From IMG/VR virus record IMGVR_UViG_3300048855_000044, positions 1 through 39,471 of that record: a DNA stretch of 39,471 bases. One strand, written 5' to 3'. The translations under genes were made by a program, and so were the position numbers. The notes beneath the pieces are model-generated. The model was not told the DNA's origin. It made no database searches and worked only from the letters and a program-made list of their open reading frames with translations. This document shows, in pieces, positions 27,138-34,656 of the stretch (position 1 is its first letter; every line of letters starts with the position of its first letter). The DNA comes from a virus (taxonomy: Duplodnaviria; Caudoviricetes).

Positions 27138-27797
27138 ATGGACGCAGTACTAAAATACAAAGAAATTGCTGAGTTTATTTATTATGTATCCAGCCCATTG
27201 ATGCTAGTGGGGATCGCAATCGCACTCCTACAACTGAGAGCATTTAAGACCGAGTCTGAGACCCGATTCAAACGTGAGACCATAATTACTACTCTCACGA
27301 TCCTCGAGCAAAAAATTGATCAGATCGAAAAATTTTATGACGCAGTGTACGACCACGAGTCTGCCGACCGCATGCCCCAGGTTACGCATAAGCTGGTCGG
27401 TTACTCAAAGGCGTCTTCTCGATTCGACGATGCCTGGCTGGAGTGGTACCACCACGATGACCAAGTCGATTTTCAGAATGCCGTAACTAATGTGGTAAAC
27501 AGTCTTGAAGGTCTTGCTAGCTATATTTTTTCTGGCGTCACAGATGAGGAGCTTTGCTACAAAATAGACCATCGTAGGGTACTGTATTACATCGAAGCTA
27601 CGCAGGCGTACTGGGCAGAAGCTCGAGACGACGACGAGCATCATGTTTTCGAAGGGATTCACAATCTGTACACGCTCTGGACAGAGCGCATGGCCCATGA
27701 CGACGGTCAGAAAGCTCTTAAAGCGGCCAAAAGTAAGGCCAGTTCCAGCCCTAGACCTAGCCTGCTTCCAATTTTTGGAGTCAACTCTCGCAAATGA
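27138..27797 (+). CDS. Moron downstream of cI; N-terminal TM, DUF4760-like
   Basis: Visibly lower GC; TM helix, then VVNSLEGLASYIFSGVTDEELCYK and FEGIHNLYTLW patterns. Confidence 0.6.
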   Translation: MDAVLKYKEIAEFIYYVSSPLMLVGIAIALLQLRAFKTESETRFKRETIITTLTILEQKIDQIEKFYDAVYDHESADRMPQVTHKLVGYSKASSRFDDAWLEWYHHDDQVDFQNAVTNVVNSLEGLASYIFSGVTDEELCYKIDHRRVLYYIEATQAYWAEARDDDEHHVFEGIHNLYTLWTERMAHDDGQKALKAAKSKASSSPRPSLLPIFGVNSRK

Positions 27798-27850
27798 CCC
27801 AGCAATGCGTGTAAAGCACGCCTTTTCCAGCGGATATCAATGCGTAATTC

Positions 27851-27879
27851 TAAGAACCCGTCCATCCCACGGGTTCTTA
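27851..27879. terminator. Hairpin between convergent genes
   Basis: Perfect 11-bp stem TAAGAACCCGT-N7-ACGGGTTCTTA. Confidence 0.6.
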
Positions 27880-27895
27880 TACTGCAAGACTCCGA

Positions 27896-28198
27896 TCAAA
27901 TGTTGGCTGTAATAATCTCGTCTTGTACTTCTACATACGGATCGTCATCGTCCAGCGCTTCCCACTCAAGCGTCACCGAATCATCGTCATTGATCGTCAT
28001 ATCCAGCGCGGGCGTTTCCGACAAAACACCCAGCACCTCCTCCCATTCCAGATCCCCATCCGTGTCCAAGCGGTGAATAGTCACCCATCGCTGCTGCTGC
28101 GCGATCGGGTGATTGATCATTGATGAAACCCTCAGGCTAAGCCGCTCGATACCACTCATTTCCTGCCGTACTGCCGGTTCAGCCTGCCTGTTTGCCAC
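27896..28198 (-). CDS. DUF1654-like protein
   Basis: GTG start with GGAGGG RBS; ERLSLRVSSMINHPIAQQQRWVTIHRLDTD...WEEV pattern. Confidence 0.7.
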   Translation of the reverse strand: MANRQAEPAVRQEMSGIERLSLRVSSMINHPIAQQQRWVTIHRLDTDGDLEWEEVLGVLSETPALDMTINDDDSVTLEWEALDDDDPYVEVQDEIITANI

Positions 28199-28219
28199 GT
28201 CATTCCCTCCCTATTAATA

Positions 28220-28235
28220 CTGTATATCTGTACAG
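28220..28235. promoter_or_regulatory. LexA (SOS) box
   Basis: CTGTATATCTGTACAG matches the gammaproteobacterial CTGT-N8-ACAG box, preceded by TA. Confidence 0.8.
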
Positions 28236-28245
28236 CTTCAGGCAA

Positions 28246-28274
28246 AGCATAACGAACCGGTCGTTCACGGTAAA
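28246..28274 (-). promoter_or_regulatory. Promoter of the DUF1654-like gene with a CI-type operator in the spacer
   Basis: TTTACC-17-TATGCT on the minus strand; CGAACCGGTCGTTCA at 28253-28267. Confidence 0.6.
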
Positions 28275-28317
28275 TCCCTTCATCACGAATCGGGAATTAT
28301 GAACCGCGGGAAAAATA

Positions 28318-28361
28318 TGTACTTCTGGTACTTGACTCAATGTGAACCTGTAGTTCATATT
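28318..28361 (+). promoter_or_regulatory. PL promoter with two OL operators
   Basis: TTGACT-18-CATATT; operators TGTACTTCTGGTACT (28318) and TGAACCTGTAGTTCA (28343) match the OR consensus. Confidence 0.8.
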
Positions 28362-28409
28362 TCACCCATCGAAACGAAACAGCCCCTCAACAGGGCCTCC
28401 GGATCGAAA

Positions 28410-28422
28410 CGCTCTTTAACAA
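28410..28422 (+). promoter_or_regulatory. boxA antitermination element
   Basis: CGCTCTTTAACAA about 45 nt into the predicted PL transcript. Confidence 0.8.
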
Positions 28423-28649
28423 CGCAGACCGCCGAGCCTTCAGGCATAGAAGGCCAGCAGACCCAACAGGGCGAGCTGCGATCAGGTGTGACGGCAATAG
28501 CGCTGTCATTCAAGCGACATGCATGCCCTAAACGAGGAGGGAAGCGTGATACCGGGTGAGCGACCGGGGCCTGATTTGAGAACGGATTTCACTGGCTGGC
28601 CTTGGCGACAGGGCCAGACGGGAAATCAATCGCCCTGGAGGGCAAGACG

Positions 28650-28835
28650 ATGCCTCAACCAAACAGCCCGAACGGTTGCTTTGAGCGTCACGGTTACACG
28701 GTGGTGCGTACACCGCGCAAAACCAGCTCCGGACACCACCGAGCTATTTACGACGCGAACGGCCAGCAAGTTTTGAATCGCGCTGGATACGACGCCGAGC
28801 TGCAGTTCTGCCGAGACCAGCAACTCATGCTGTAG
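28650..28835 (+). CDS. Early hypothetical protein (61 aa)
   Basis: Start reassigned to MPQPNSPNG; GGAGGG RBS. Confidence 0.65.
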   Translation: MPQPNSPNGCFERHGYTVVRTPRKTSSGHHRAIYDANGQQVLNRAGYDAELQFCRDQQLML

Positions 28836-28944
28836 CGCGGACCTCCGCTGCAAACCGCGTAGCTGCTCACGCAGCGCCTGAAACGGAATGCATGAGCCGC
28901 GCACGTCAGCCCTGACGTTAACTGCCCGATCCTCTCAATGAGAG

Positions 28945-29066
28945 CGCATCGGGGTGTGATCTGGAAAGGCGACTCCATACCGGGCGTGCCGTCAGCACGT
29001 TGAGGCCTTGAGCCGGTACTGAATGGGCGTCCTTGCGATGACAAGCGCAGATCACACCCCGATGCG
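28945..29066. repeat. 19-bp perfect inverted repeat enclosing 84 nt
   Basis: CGCATCGGGGTGTGATCTG (28945-28963) and CAGATCACACCCCGATGCG (29048-29066). Confidence 0.85.
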
Positions 29067-29101
29067 GAAGACTTCTGCACCGCGCAACGCGGCCCCCTGC
29101 A

Positions 29102-29335
29102 TCAATGTGCTGGCGCAGTCAGAAGGGGCTTGTACTCCCACCGCTCTTTGAGAGGATCGGAGTAGCGAGCCCATCTGATCCAACTTGCCCCGCAGTCGGT
29201 ACAGGACGATGGAACACCGCAAACTTCAAGAAGCCGAATCTTGATACCTGCCCGCTCCATACGCCAGGTATCTAGCGCTTCTACATCTAAATCCGCTGAC
29301 TTGACCAACTGCTCACATAGCCCACAGAGATCCAT
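29102..29335 (-). CDS. Antisense small protein with CxxC...CxxC (putative zinc ribbon)
   Basis: MDLCGLCEQL...CTDCGASW; lower GC; TATAAT upstream on the minus strand. Confidence 0.5.
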   Translation of the reverse strand: MDLCGLCEQLVKSADLDVEALDTWRMERAGIKIRLLEVCGVPSSCTDCGASWIRWARYSDPLKERWEYKPLLTAPAH

Positions 29336-29454
29336 TTCGATGACTCGTCGAGAGGTTGAAAGAGGCTCAATTATATTACGCCGAAATTGATGGCAGTTAG
29401 CCACTTGTCCGCTGCTTTGAAAATTCGTCCACTTCGCTATATCAACCCATCACG

Positions 29455-29531
29455 ACCGCATCGGCAGGTGCCAGGTCAGCGCTATTCACGCTGGGTCTGG
29501 TCACCCGTGCCTGGCATCTGACCAATGCGGT
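29455..29531 (+). repeat. Long imperfect hairpin upstream of an early gene
   Basis: ACCGCATCGG-CAGGTGCCAGG ... CCTGGCATCTG-ACCAATGCGGT. Confidence 0.75.
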
Positions 29532-29550
29532 TTACGCCCTGGAGGCGACT

Positions 29551-29967
29551 ATGAACGCCGCACTACGCATTGCCCAGTTTGAGTATGACAACCGCCTCCC
29601 GGTCGACCTGTGCGACGCGGCGGAACACCAGTGGATCGAGAATGGCGTTGAGCAGCTGATGCTCGGCGGCGACGTGACCTTCAAGCGCCGGTTGCATGCG
29701 GTACAGGGCGTGACTCAAGAGCAGTTCGCCGTTGCGGTCGACGAGTTCGTGTTTGAGCAGCTGTCAGGCTCGGGCATGAGCAATTCGGTGTTCGGCCGGC
29801 TGATCCTTTCGGCACGCCGCAAGGCATCGTCCGAAGCCTCCAGCGCAGCCGGTGAGGCCCTGAACAGTGCCGATCCAGACGAGGCGCTGCGCCAGATCGC
29901 GGTGCGCCTGCTCAAGCCGCTGGCGCGGGACGGGATGATTGCGCAGGCAGAGGACGCGGAGCTGTGA
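29551..29967 (+). CDS. Early hypothetical protein
   Basis: 138 aa; GGAGG RBS. Confidence 0.75.
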   Translation: MNAALRIAQFEYDNRLPVDLCDAAEHQWIENGVEQLMLGGDVTFKRRLHAVQGVTQEQFAVAVDEFVFEQLSGSGMSNSVFGRLILSARRKASSEASSAAGEALNSADPDEALRQIAVRLLKPLARDGMIAQAEDAEL

Positions 29968-30158
29968 GTCCGCACATCCTCATCGACGTTGCGCTTGAAG
30001 GGCTTTCCGATCCGGACTGCCCAGCGCTCAACGAGGTGCTGGTTCATAAGCAGATCACCCAGCACTTCATGAATGCGGCCATTACGGTCGCGGAATTCAA
30101 CCACTACTGCGACCGCCTGAACCGGGCTTTGCAGAATCGGCCGAGGGCAGCAGCATGA
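29964..30158 (+). CDS. Early hypothetical protein
   Basis: 64 aa; GTGA/ATGA coupling. Confidence 0.7.
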   Translation: MSPHILIDVALEGLSDPDCPALNEVLVHKQITQHFMNAAITVAEFNHYCDRLNRALQNRPRAAA

Positions 30159-30361
30159 CCACCCCCGTCGTCAAATCCCTGATTGATGAGCAGCTGGAAG
30201 AAGTGGAGTTCGCCGGCAAAACACGTGAAATCGCGATTCGACTGGCGCGCCGCCAAGGCTTCTCCGGCAACCCAGCACGTTATGGCTGGGTCGCCCCGGG
30301 TATCTGGCTTCTTCGCTATCAAGTCCCTTTACCCGCTCCTACCCCAGAAGTTGCTGTTTAA
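30155..30361 (+). CDS. Early hypothetical protein
   Basis: 68 aa; ATGA coupling. Confidence 0.6.
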   Translation: MTTPVVKSLIDEQLEEVEFAGKTREIAIRLARRQGFSGNPARYGWVAPGIWLLRYQVPLPAPTPEVAV

Positions 30362-30463
30362 ACAAATCACTGCTCTGGCCGATAGCAACGCTATACCCAC
30401 ATGAATTCATACTCTGTTGTAAGAGGCTAAAAGAGCCATAGCTCACCGGCCGAGGATATCGAC

Positions 30464-30658
30464 ATGAATAATGCCCAACGTAATTCCTCGCCCGAAAAGC
30501 AGCTCGATCGTCTCGAGCTTCCTTGCCCAATCATTGGGTTCGGCCTTCCCTTCAATGAAGTTATCGGGAGGCCTCGAGACATGCGCGTGTGCGATCTCCC
30601 CTTGCCACTAGCAGCGACCATGCTGGGGCGAAGCATCGAAGTCCGCATTCGCCACTGA
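30464..30658 (+). CDS. Hypothetical protein
   Basis: 64 aa; GAGGA RBS. Confidence 0.45.
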   Translation: MNNAQRNSSPEKQLDRLELPCPIIGFGLPFNEVIGRPRDMRVCDLPLPLAATMLGRSIEVRIRH

Positions 30659-30807
30659 GCTGCACCTGAGCCACCTCCTCGGCTCAACAGTCTGCGCAAT
30701 CAAAGCGCACGACCAGATTTTACTAACGCTCGCTAAAGCCAGCGTCCCGCATTAATTCCCCCATTCAATCGCAGCGCCCCGGTAACGGCATAGCGCAAGG
30801 AGCACTC

Positions 30808-31560
30808 ATGTCTACCGAAATCATCATGCCGGAGCAGCGCCGCCAGGTCGTGACTCCGATCTCCCCTGACAACAGCATCATGGCAGTCATCAGCCGTGCT
30901 GCAGCCGACCCGACGTGCGACATCGAGAAGATGGAGCGCCTGCTGGCAATGCATGAGCGCATGCAGGACAAAGCCGCGGAACAGGCCTTCAACGCCGCCA
31001 TGGCGCAGATGCAGTGCGAGATTCCGACTGTGTACGAAGGCGCGGTCAATCTGCACACCAAGAACTCCTACGCCACTCTGGACGACATCAACCACACGTT
31101 GAAGCCGATCATGCAGCGGCATGGCTTCGCGGTGACGTTCAAGGTTGATCAGGCTGCGGCCGGAATCAACGTGACCGGCATCCTGATGCACAGCGCCGGG
31201 CACCGCGAGCAAACCACCATGTTCCTGCCGCTGGACAAGGGGCCGGGCCGCAACGATGTGCAAGCGGTCGGATCGTCCACCACTTACGGCAAGCGCTATG
31301 TGATGTGCGCACTGCTGAACATCACCACCGGTGAGACTCGGGATGACGACGGCACGGGCGCAGCGGCGAACGAGAACCTTCGCGACCAGGTGGTCATCGA
31401 CATTCTGGAACGCGTAGGCCAGGCGCAGGCAGCTGAAGAGCTTAAGAAGGTATGGCAGGCGGCAGTCAAAGTTCTCAAGGCCGCCGGCGACACCGCTGGT
31501 TACGAGAAGGTGAAGGCCGCCGTGGCTGAGCGCGGCAAGGCGCTGGAGGCGGACCAATGA
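30808..31560 (+). CDS. erf: ERF-family single-strand annealing protein
   Basis: SYATLDDI and QAVGSSTTYGKRY motifs. Confidence 0.88.
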   Translation: MSTEIIMPEQRRQVVTPISPDNSIMAVISRAAADPTCDIEKMERLLAMHERMQDKAAEQAFNAAMAQMQCEIPTVYEGAVNLHTKNSYATLDDINHTLKPIMQRHGFAVTFKVDQAAAGINVTGILMHSAGHREQTTMFLPLDKGPGRNDVQAVGSSTTYGKRYVMCALLNITTGETRDDDGTGAAANENLRDQVVIDILERVGQAQAAEELKKVWQAAVKVLKAAGDTAGYEKVKAAVAERGKALEADQ

Positions 31561-32201
31561 TCCTCATTGAGTGCGAACAAGGCAGCGCCGAATGGCACAA
31601 GGCACGCGCCGGATGCATCACGGCAAGCATGTTCGAGACAGCGCGCGCTCTGCTCAAGTCTGGCCCCAAGAAAGGCACCCCGACTGCAGCCGCCCTCGAC
31701 TACGCGTTCAGTCTGGCCGTGGAGCGGATCAGTGGCACGCCTTTGGATGGTGGGTTTGAAACTTGGCAAATGCGGCGTGGCCATGAGCTTGAGCCGCAAG
31801 CCCGAATGGAGCACGAGATACAGACCGGGCTGCTAGTTCAGCGCGCCGGGTTCGTCACCACCGACGACGGCGCTTTTGGTGCCAGCGCGGACGGGCTGAT
31901 CGGCGAGGACGGCGGCTCGGAGTACAAATGTTTCCTTGCCCCGGAAAAGCTCCGCGCCTTCCACATCGACAACGATGCCAGCGGGATCATGGACCAGGTG
32001 CAGGGCTGCATGTGGATCACCGGTCGCAAGTTCTGGCACGTCGGCATGTACTGCCCTGCCCTTGAGGCGGTCGGCCGGCAACTCTGGTGGCGCGAGTTCA
32101 AGCGCGACGACGACTACATCGAAAAGCTCGAAGAAGACCTCTGGCAGTTCAAGCTGCTGGTCGACGGTTACGAGCAGACGCTGAGGAATAAAGCAGCATG
32201 A
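31557..32201 (+). CDS. Lambda-exonuclease/YqaJ family nuclease
   Basis: QGSAEWHKARAGCITAS, GHELEP, GASADGL and EYKC motifs. Confidence 0.9.
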   Translation: MILIECEQGSAEWHKARAGCITASMFETARALLKSGPKKGTPTAAALDYAFSLAVERISGTPLDGGFETWQMRRGHELEPQARMEHEIQTGLLVQRAGFVTTDDGAFGASADGLIGEDGGSEYKCFLAPEKLRAFHIDNDASGIMDQVQGCMWITGRKFWHVGMYCPALEAVGRQLWWREFKRDDDYIEKLEEDLWQFKLLVDGYEQTLRNKAA

Positions 32202-32575
32202 TCAGTCTCGAACTCAGCAGCATCCAGCACAACCGCGCCGAGTCAGCCCGCCTGGCCGCGGCCATGGCCGAGTTTGAGCGGTCCGGTGGCCAGATCCGGG
32301 ACCTTGGGTCGTTCAGCATCGCGGCCAAGCCGCTGAGGAAGGAGCCGCTTGCACGCAAACCGCGCTACAACGGAGCCGACCATCGCGCCTATACCGACGA
32401 ACTGGAAGACCTGCGCTTGCTTGATCGCATCAAGTCCATGCGTGACCTCGGCGTGAGTCATTACCAGGCTGAGAAGCGCACCGGCATTAGCCGAACGACC
32501 ATCCGGCGCATCGTAGAAAAATACGGCATCAGCTACCCCAGCAGCAGCCGCGCTACCCCGGAACAAAGGTTGTGA
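32198..32575 (+). CDS. Hypothetical protein with C-terminal HTH
   Basis: GVSHYQAEKRTGISRTTIRRI. Confidence 0.7.
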   Translation: MISLELSSIQHNRAESARLAAAMAEFERSGGQIRDLGSFSIAAKPLRKEPLARKPRYNGADHRAYTDELEDLRLLDRIKSMRDLGVSHYQAEKRTGISRTTIRRIVEKYGISYPSSSRATPEQRL

Positions 32576-32727
32576 GGCGCATCAACAACCGGGTCCGCAC
32601 ACGGCGGCGGGCCGAACACCTCCACATCCCAGCAAGTGGTATCCACCATGCAAGCAGCTGCGATAACCCGAAATCACACCAACCACCGATGCGGGGCCAG
32701 CCATCACCGTTCAAGGCTCACGACTGA
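32572..32727 (+). CDS. Small Arg-rich hypothetical protein
   Basis: GTGA coupling; MRRINNRVRTRRRAEHLHIP...; its 3' end overlaps the next gene. Confidence 0.4.
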   Translation: MRRINNRVRTRRRAEHLHIPASGIHHASSCDNPKSHQPPMRGQPSPFKAHD

Positions 32728-32857
32728 ACAGGTCGCTGAAATGCGCTCGATCTACGACAGCGGTGGCGTCGGTTACGGCTATCTGGCCGAAATCTTCAAA
32801 TGCGGCACGTCTACCGTCCGCGACATTGTTTTACGCAGAACCAGGTGGAGCGGCTGA
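32648..32857 (+). CDS. Small HTH DNA-binding protein
   Basis: GASHHRSRLTTEQVAEMR...LAEIFKCGTSTVRDIV. Confidence 0.7.
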   Translation: MQAAAITRNHTNHRCGASHHRSRLTTEQVAEMRSIYDSGGVGYGYLAEIFKCGTSTVRDIVLRRTRWSG

Positions 32858-32858
32858 C

Positions 32859-33197
32859 ATGGCCATGACCCAGAAACAGCGGGACGAGCGGACAGCGCTC
32901 AAGCGGCAGAAGGCAGGCGAGCAAGAGTTACGGCTGCGGGTTCGCCCAGGCACGAAGCAGGCGCTGGCCGAGCTGATGCAGTGGGCTGACATCGAGGAAC
33001 AGGGCGAGGCGCTGACGCTGATGATTCATCATCTGCATGGGCTGGGGCCAAGCGGCGCGCTGCCGATGCTTGAGGTTCCGCGCCACAAAGTGCAGGTCTC
33101 GCAAGTTGTGGCGCTAGAGTTTCACCGCAAGAGCATGCTGATGATTCAGCAGGATCCGGGGGATGAGGTTCTGCCTCCCGGCCACATCAACTGCTGA
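32859..33197 (+). CDS. Hypothetical protein
   Basis: Start reassigned to MAMTQKQRDER; GGAG RBS. Confidence 0.7.
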   Translation: MAMTQKQRDERTALKRQKAGEQELRLRVRPGTKQALAELMQWADIEEQGEALTLMIHHLHGLGPSGALPMLEVPRHKVQVSQVVALEFHRKSMLMIQQDPGDEVLPPGHINC

Positions 33198-33378
33198 GAA
33201 CAGATTCCTGCCAGCGGGAATGAGCACTCCACATTTCCTGGTCGAGTGCCTTTAGCGTCGGATAGTAGCCTTCATCTTCCGGCTCATTTTCCAAAATATG
33301 CTTCGTTCGAGCATCAAGCGCTTGGCCAAGCAGCTCAAACAGTTCTTTGGTTTTCTGGGCGCTATCACGATCAGACAT
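33187..33378 (-). CDS. Antisense small acidic protein (63 aa)
   Basis: AAGGAG RBS; lower GC; helical composition. Confidence 0.65.
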   Translation of the reverse strand: MSDRDSAQKTKELFELLGQALDARTKHILENEPEDEGYYPTLKALDQEMWSAHSRWQESVLSS

Positions 33379-33485
33379 CGTTCACTCCTTTGATCCGGCC
33401 CCATGCCGGTCACCCGTAATACCCCATCCCAAACCAATTTGCCACCATCCGGTATCGGAGGGCGGCGCATGCAATGGAGATTGCC

Positions 33486-34010
33486 ATGAAGCCACGCATC
33501 GAGAAGAAATTGAGCAAGCGCCTGGTGGCGATCTTTGATGGCACCCGGGTATTCGAATCGGTGTGGATCGACGACGAGTATTACCGGCACGCGAAAAGCG
33601 GATGGGGCGAACCGCTTACCCCCAAGCAAATTCGGTTCAACCGGGAATGCAGAGTGCGCGTGAACCGGATGCCAAGCATCGGGGGTGAAGCTGACTACTG
33701 GGGCGAAGGCACTGACTACCGCTCGGTGTACCGCGTGTACACAGATATGCTCTGGAGCGAGATCCTGTACACAGATGAGCTTTGCCGGCTGGACTGTCAG
33801 ACGCCACGGCCTATAGACGGCACGCCAGAGCATGCAGATTGGGAGGCGGAGAAAGCTTCGCTACTCGCACATGCTGGCCGAGCTTATCGCCGAGCCCGAC
33901 CAGGCAATCGCCTGATTGCTCATGCTCGGCTGGATGCAGCCAGGACACGGCAGAAGGAAGCGGACGAAGCGCGTAAGTGCGAAGAATGGCGCGCCCGTAA
34001 AGCCGCATAA
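33486..34010 (+). CDS. Hypothetical protein
   Basis: MKPRIEKKLSKRL; GGAG RBS. Confidence 0.7.
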   Translation: MKPRIEKKLSKRLVAIFDGTRVFESVWIDDEYYRHAKSGWGEPLTPKQIRFNRECRVRVNRMPSIGGEADYWGEGTDYRSVYRVYTDMLWSEILYTDELCRLDCQTPRPIDGTPEHADWEAEKASLLAHAGRAYRRARPGNRLIAHARLDAARTRQKEADEARKCEEWRARKAA

Positions 34011-34041
34011 CCACGCCATCACCTATTACATTGAACGCTAG

Positions 34042-34239
34042 TCACTCTTTCAGTACATCTACAGCCAGCTCAATTTCAGCGATGGCTACTGGTACAAGCC
34101 TAGATTCTGAAGACCGGAACTGCGCCAGCACATCAACGGCCGCATCCGACAGATCGCTCAACGCCAGGCCTTGGCGGCGCGCAGCCACTAGTACAGCTTT
34201 CAGCGCCATCGAAAGCGCGACTTCTCTTTCATCACTCAT
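34042..34239 (-). CDS. Antisense small protein, paralog A (65 aa)
   Basis: Start reassigned to MSDEREVALSMALKAV; similar to 34358..34564. Confidence 0.7.
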   Translation of the reverse strand: MSDEREVALSMALKAVLVAARRQGLALSDLSDAAVDVLAQFRSSESRLVPVAIAEIELAVDVLKE

Positions 34240-34289
34240 AACGGCTTCCCCAACGACGACTAGCTGAGTGTAGACCATTGCTTTTTCAG

Positions 34290-34648
34290 TCACGCCAGCC
34301 CGGCAACAACCGCAGCTGTCTGATGTACGACGGCGCGGCGGCCGCCCAGTAATGCTGTCACCGAGCTTGCTGCCTGAAGACATCAGTCAAAAGCTGCATT
34401 TCGTGGATAGCAATAGGAACGTGAACTGCATCCTGCGCCCGATAGCGCGAAAGCCTGTCAATGGTCGCATCCGACAGGTGCTGAAATGGCACTCCCATAT
34501 CGCGTGCAGTCGCAAATACGGCTTTCAGTGCCATCTCTAGCGCGACAGTTCGTTCTTGGCTCATTCAAATCGCTCCTTAAGTGAGCGTCAACTCTAACGT
34601 TATTTCATCCACGAATCACGCCAGCCCGGCGGCGACCGCGGCTGCCTG
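34290..34648 (+). repeat. 33-bp direct repeat pair (34290-34322 and 34616-34648)
   Basis: TCACGCCAGCCCGGCAACAACCGCAGCTGTCTG versus TCACGCCAGCCCGGCGGCGACCGCGGCTGCCTG, 28/33 identical. Confidence 0.8.
34358..34564 (-). CDS. Antisense small protein, paralog B (68 aa)
   Basis: MSQERTVALEMALKAV; AAGGAG RBS. Confidence 0.7.
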   Translation of the reverse strand: MSQERTVALEMALKAVFATARDMGVPFQHLSDATIDRLSRYRAQDAVHVPIAIHEMQLLTDVFRQQAR

Positions 34649-34656
34649 GAGTTTCT

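Noticed and set aside
28481-28575. tRNA gene or known self-cleaving ribozyme in the PL leader
   Set aside because: Cloverleaf-like, but there is no properly placed TTCRA arm or CCA end and no hammerhead core that I can recognise; kept only as an unclassified structure.
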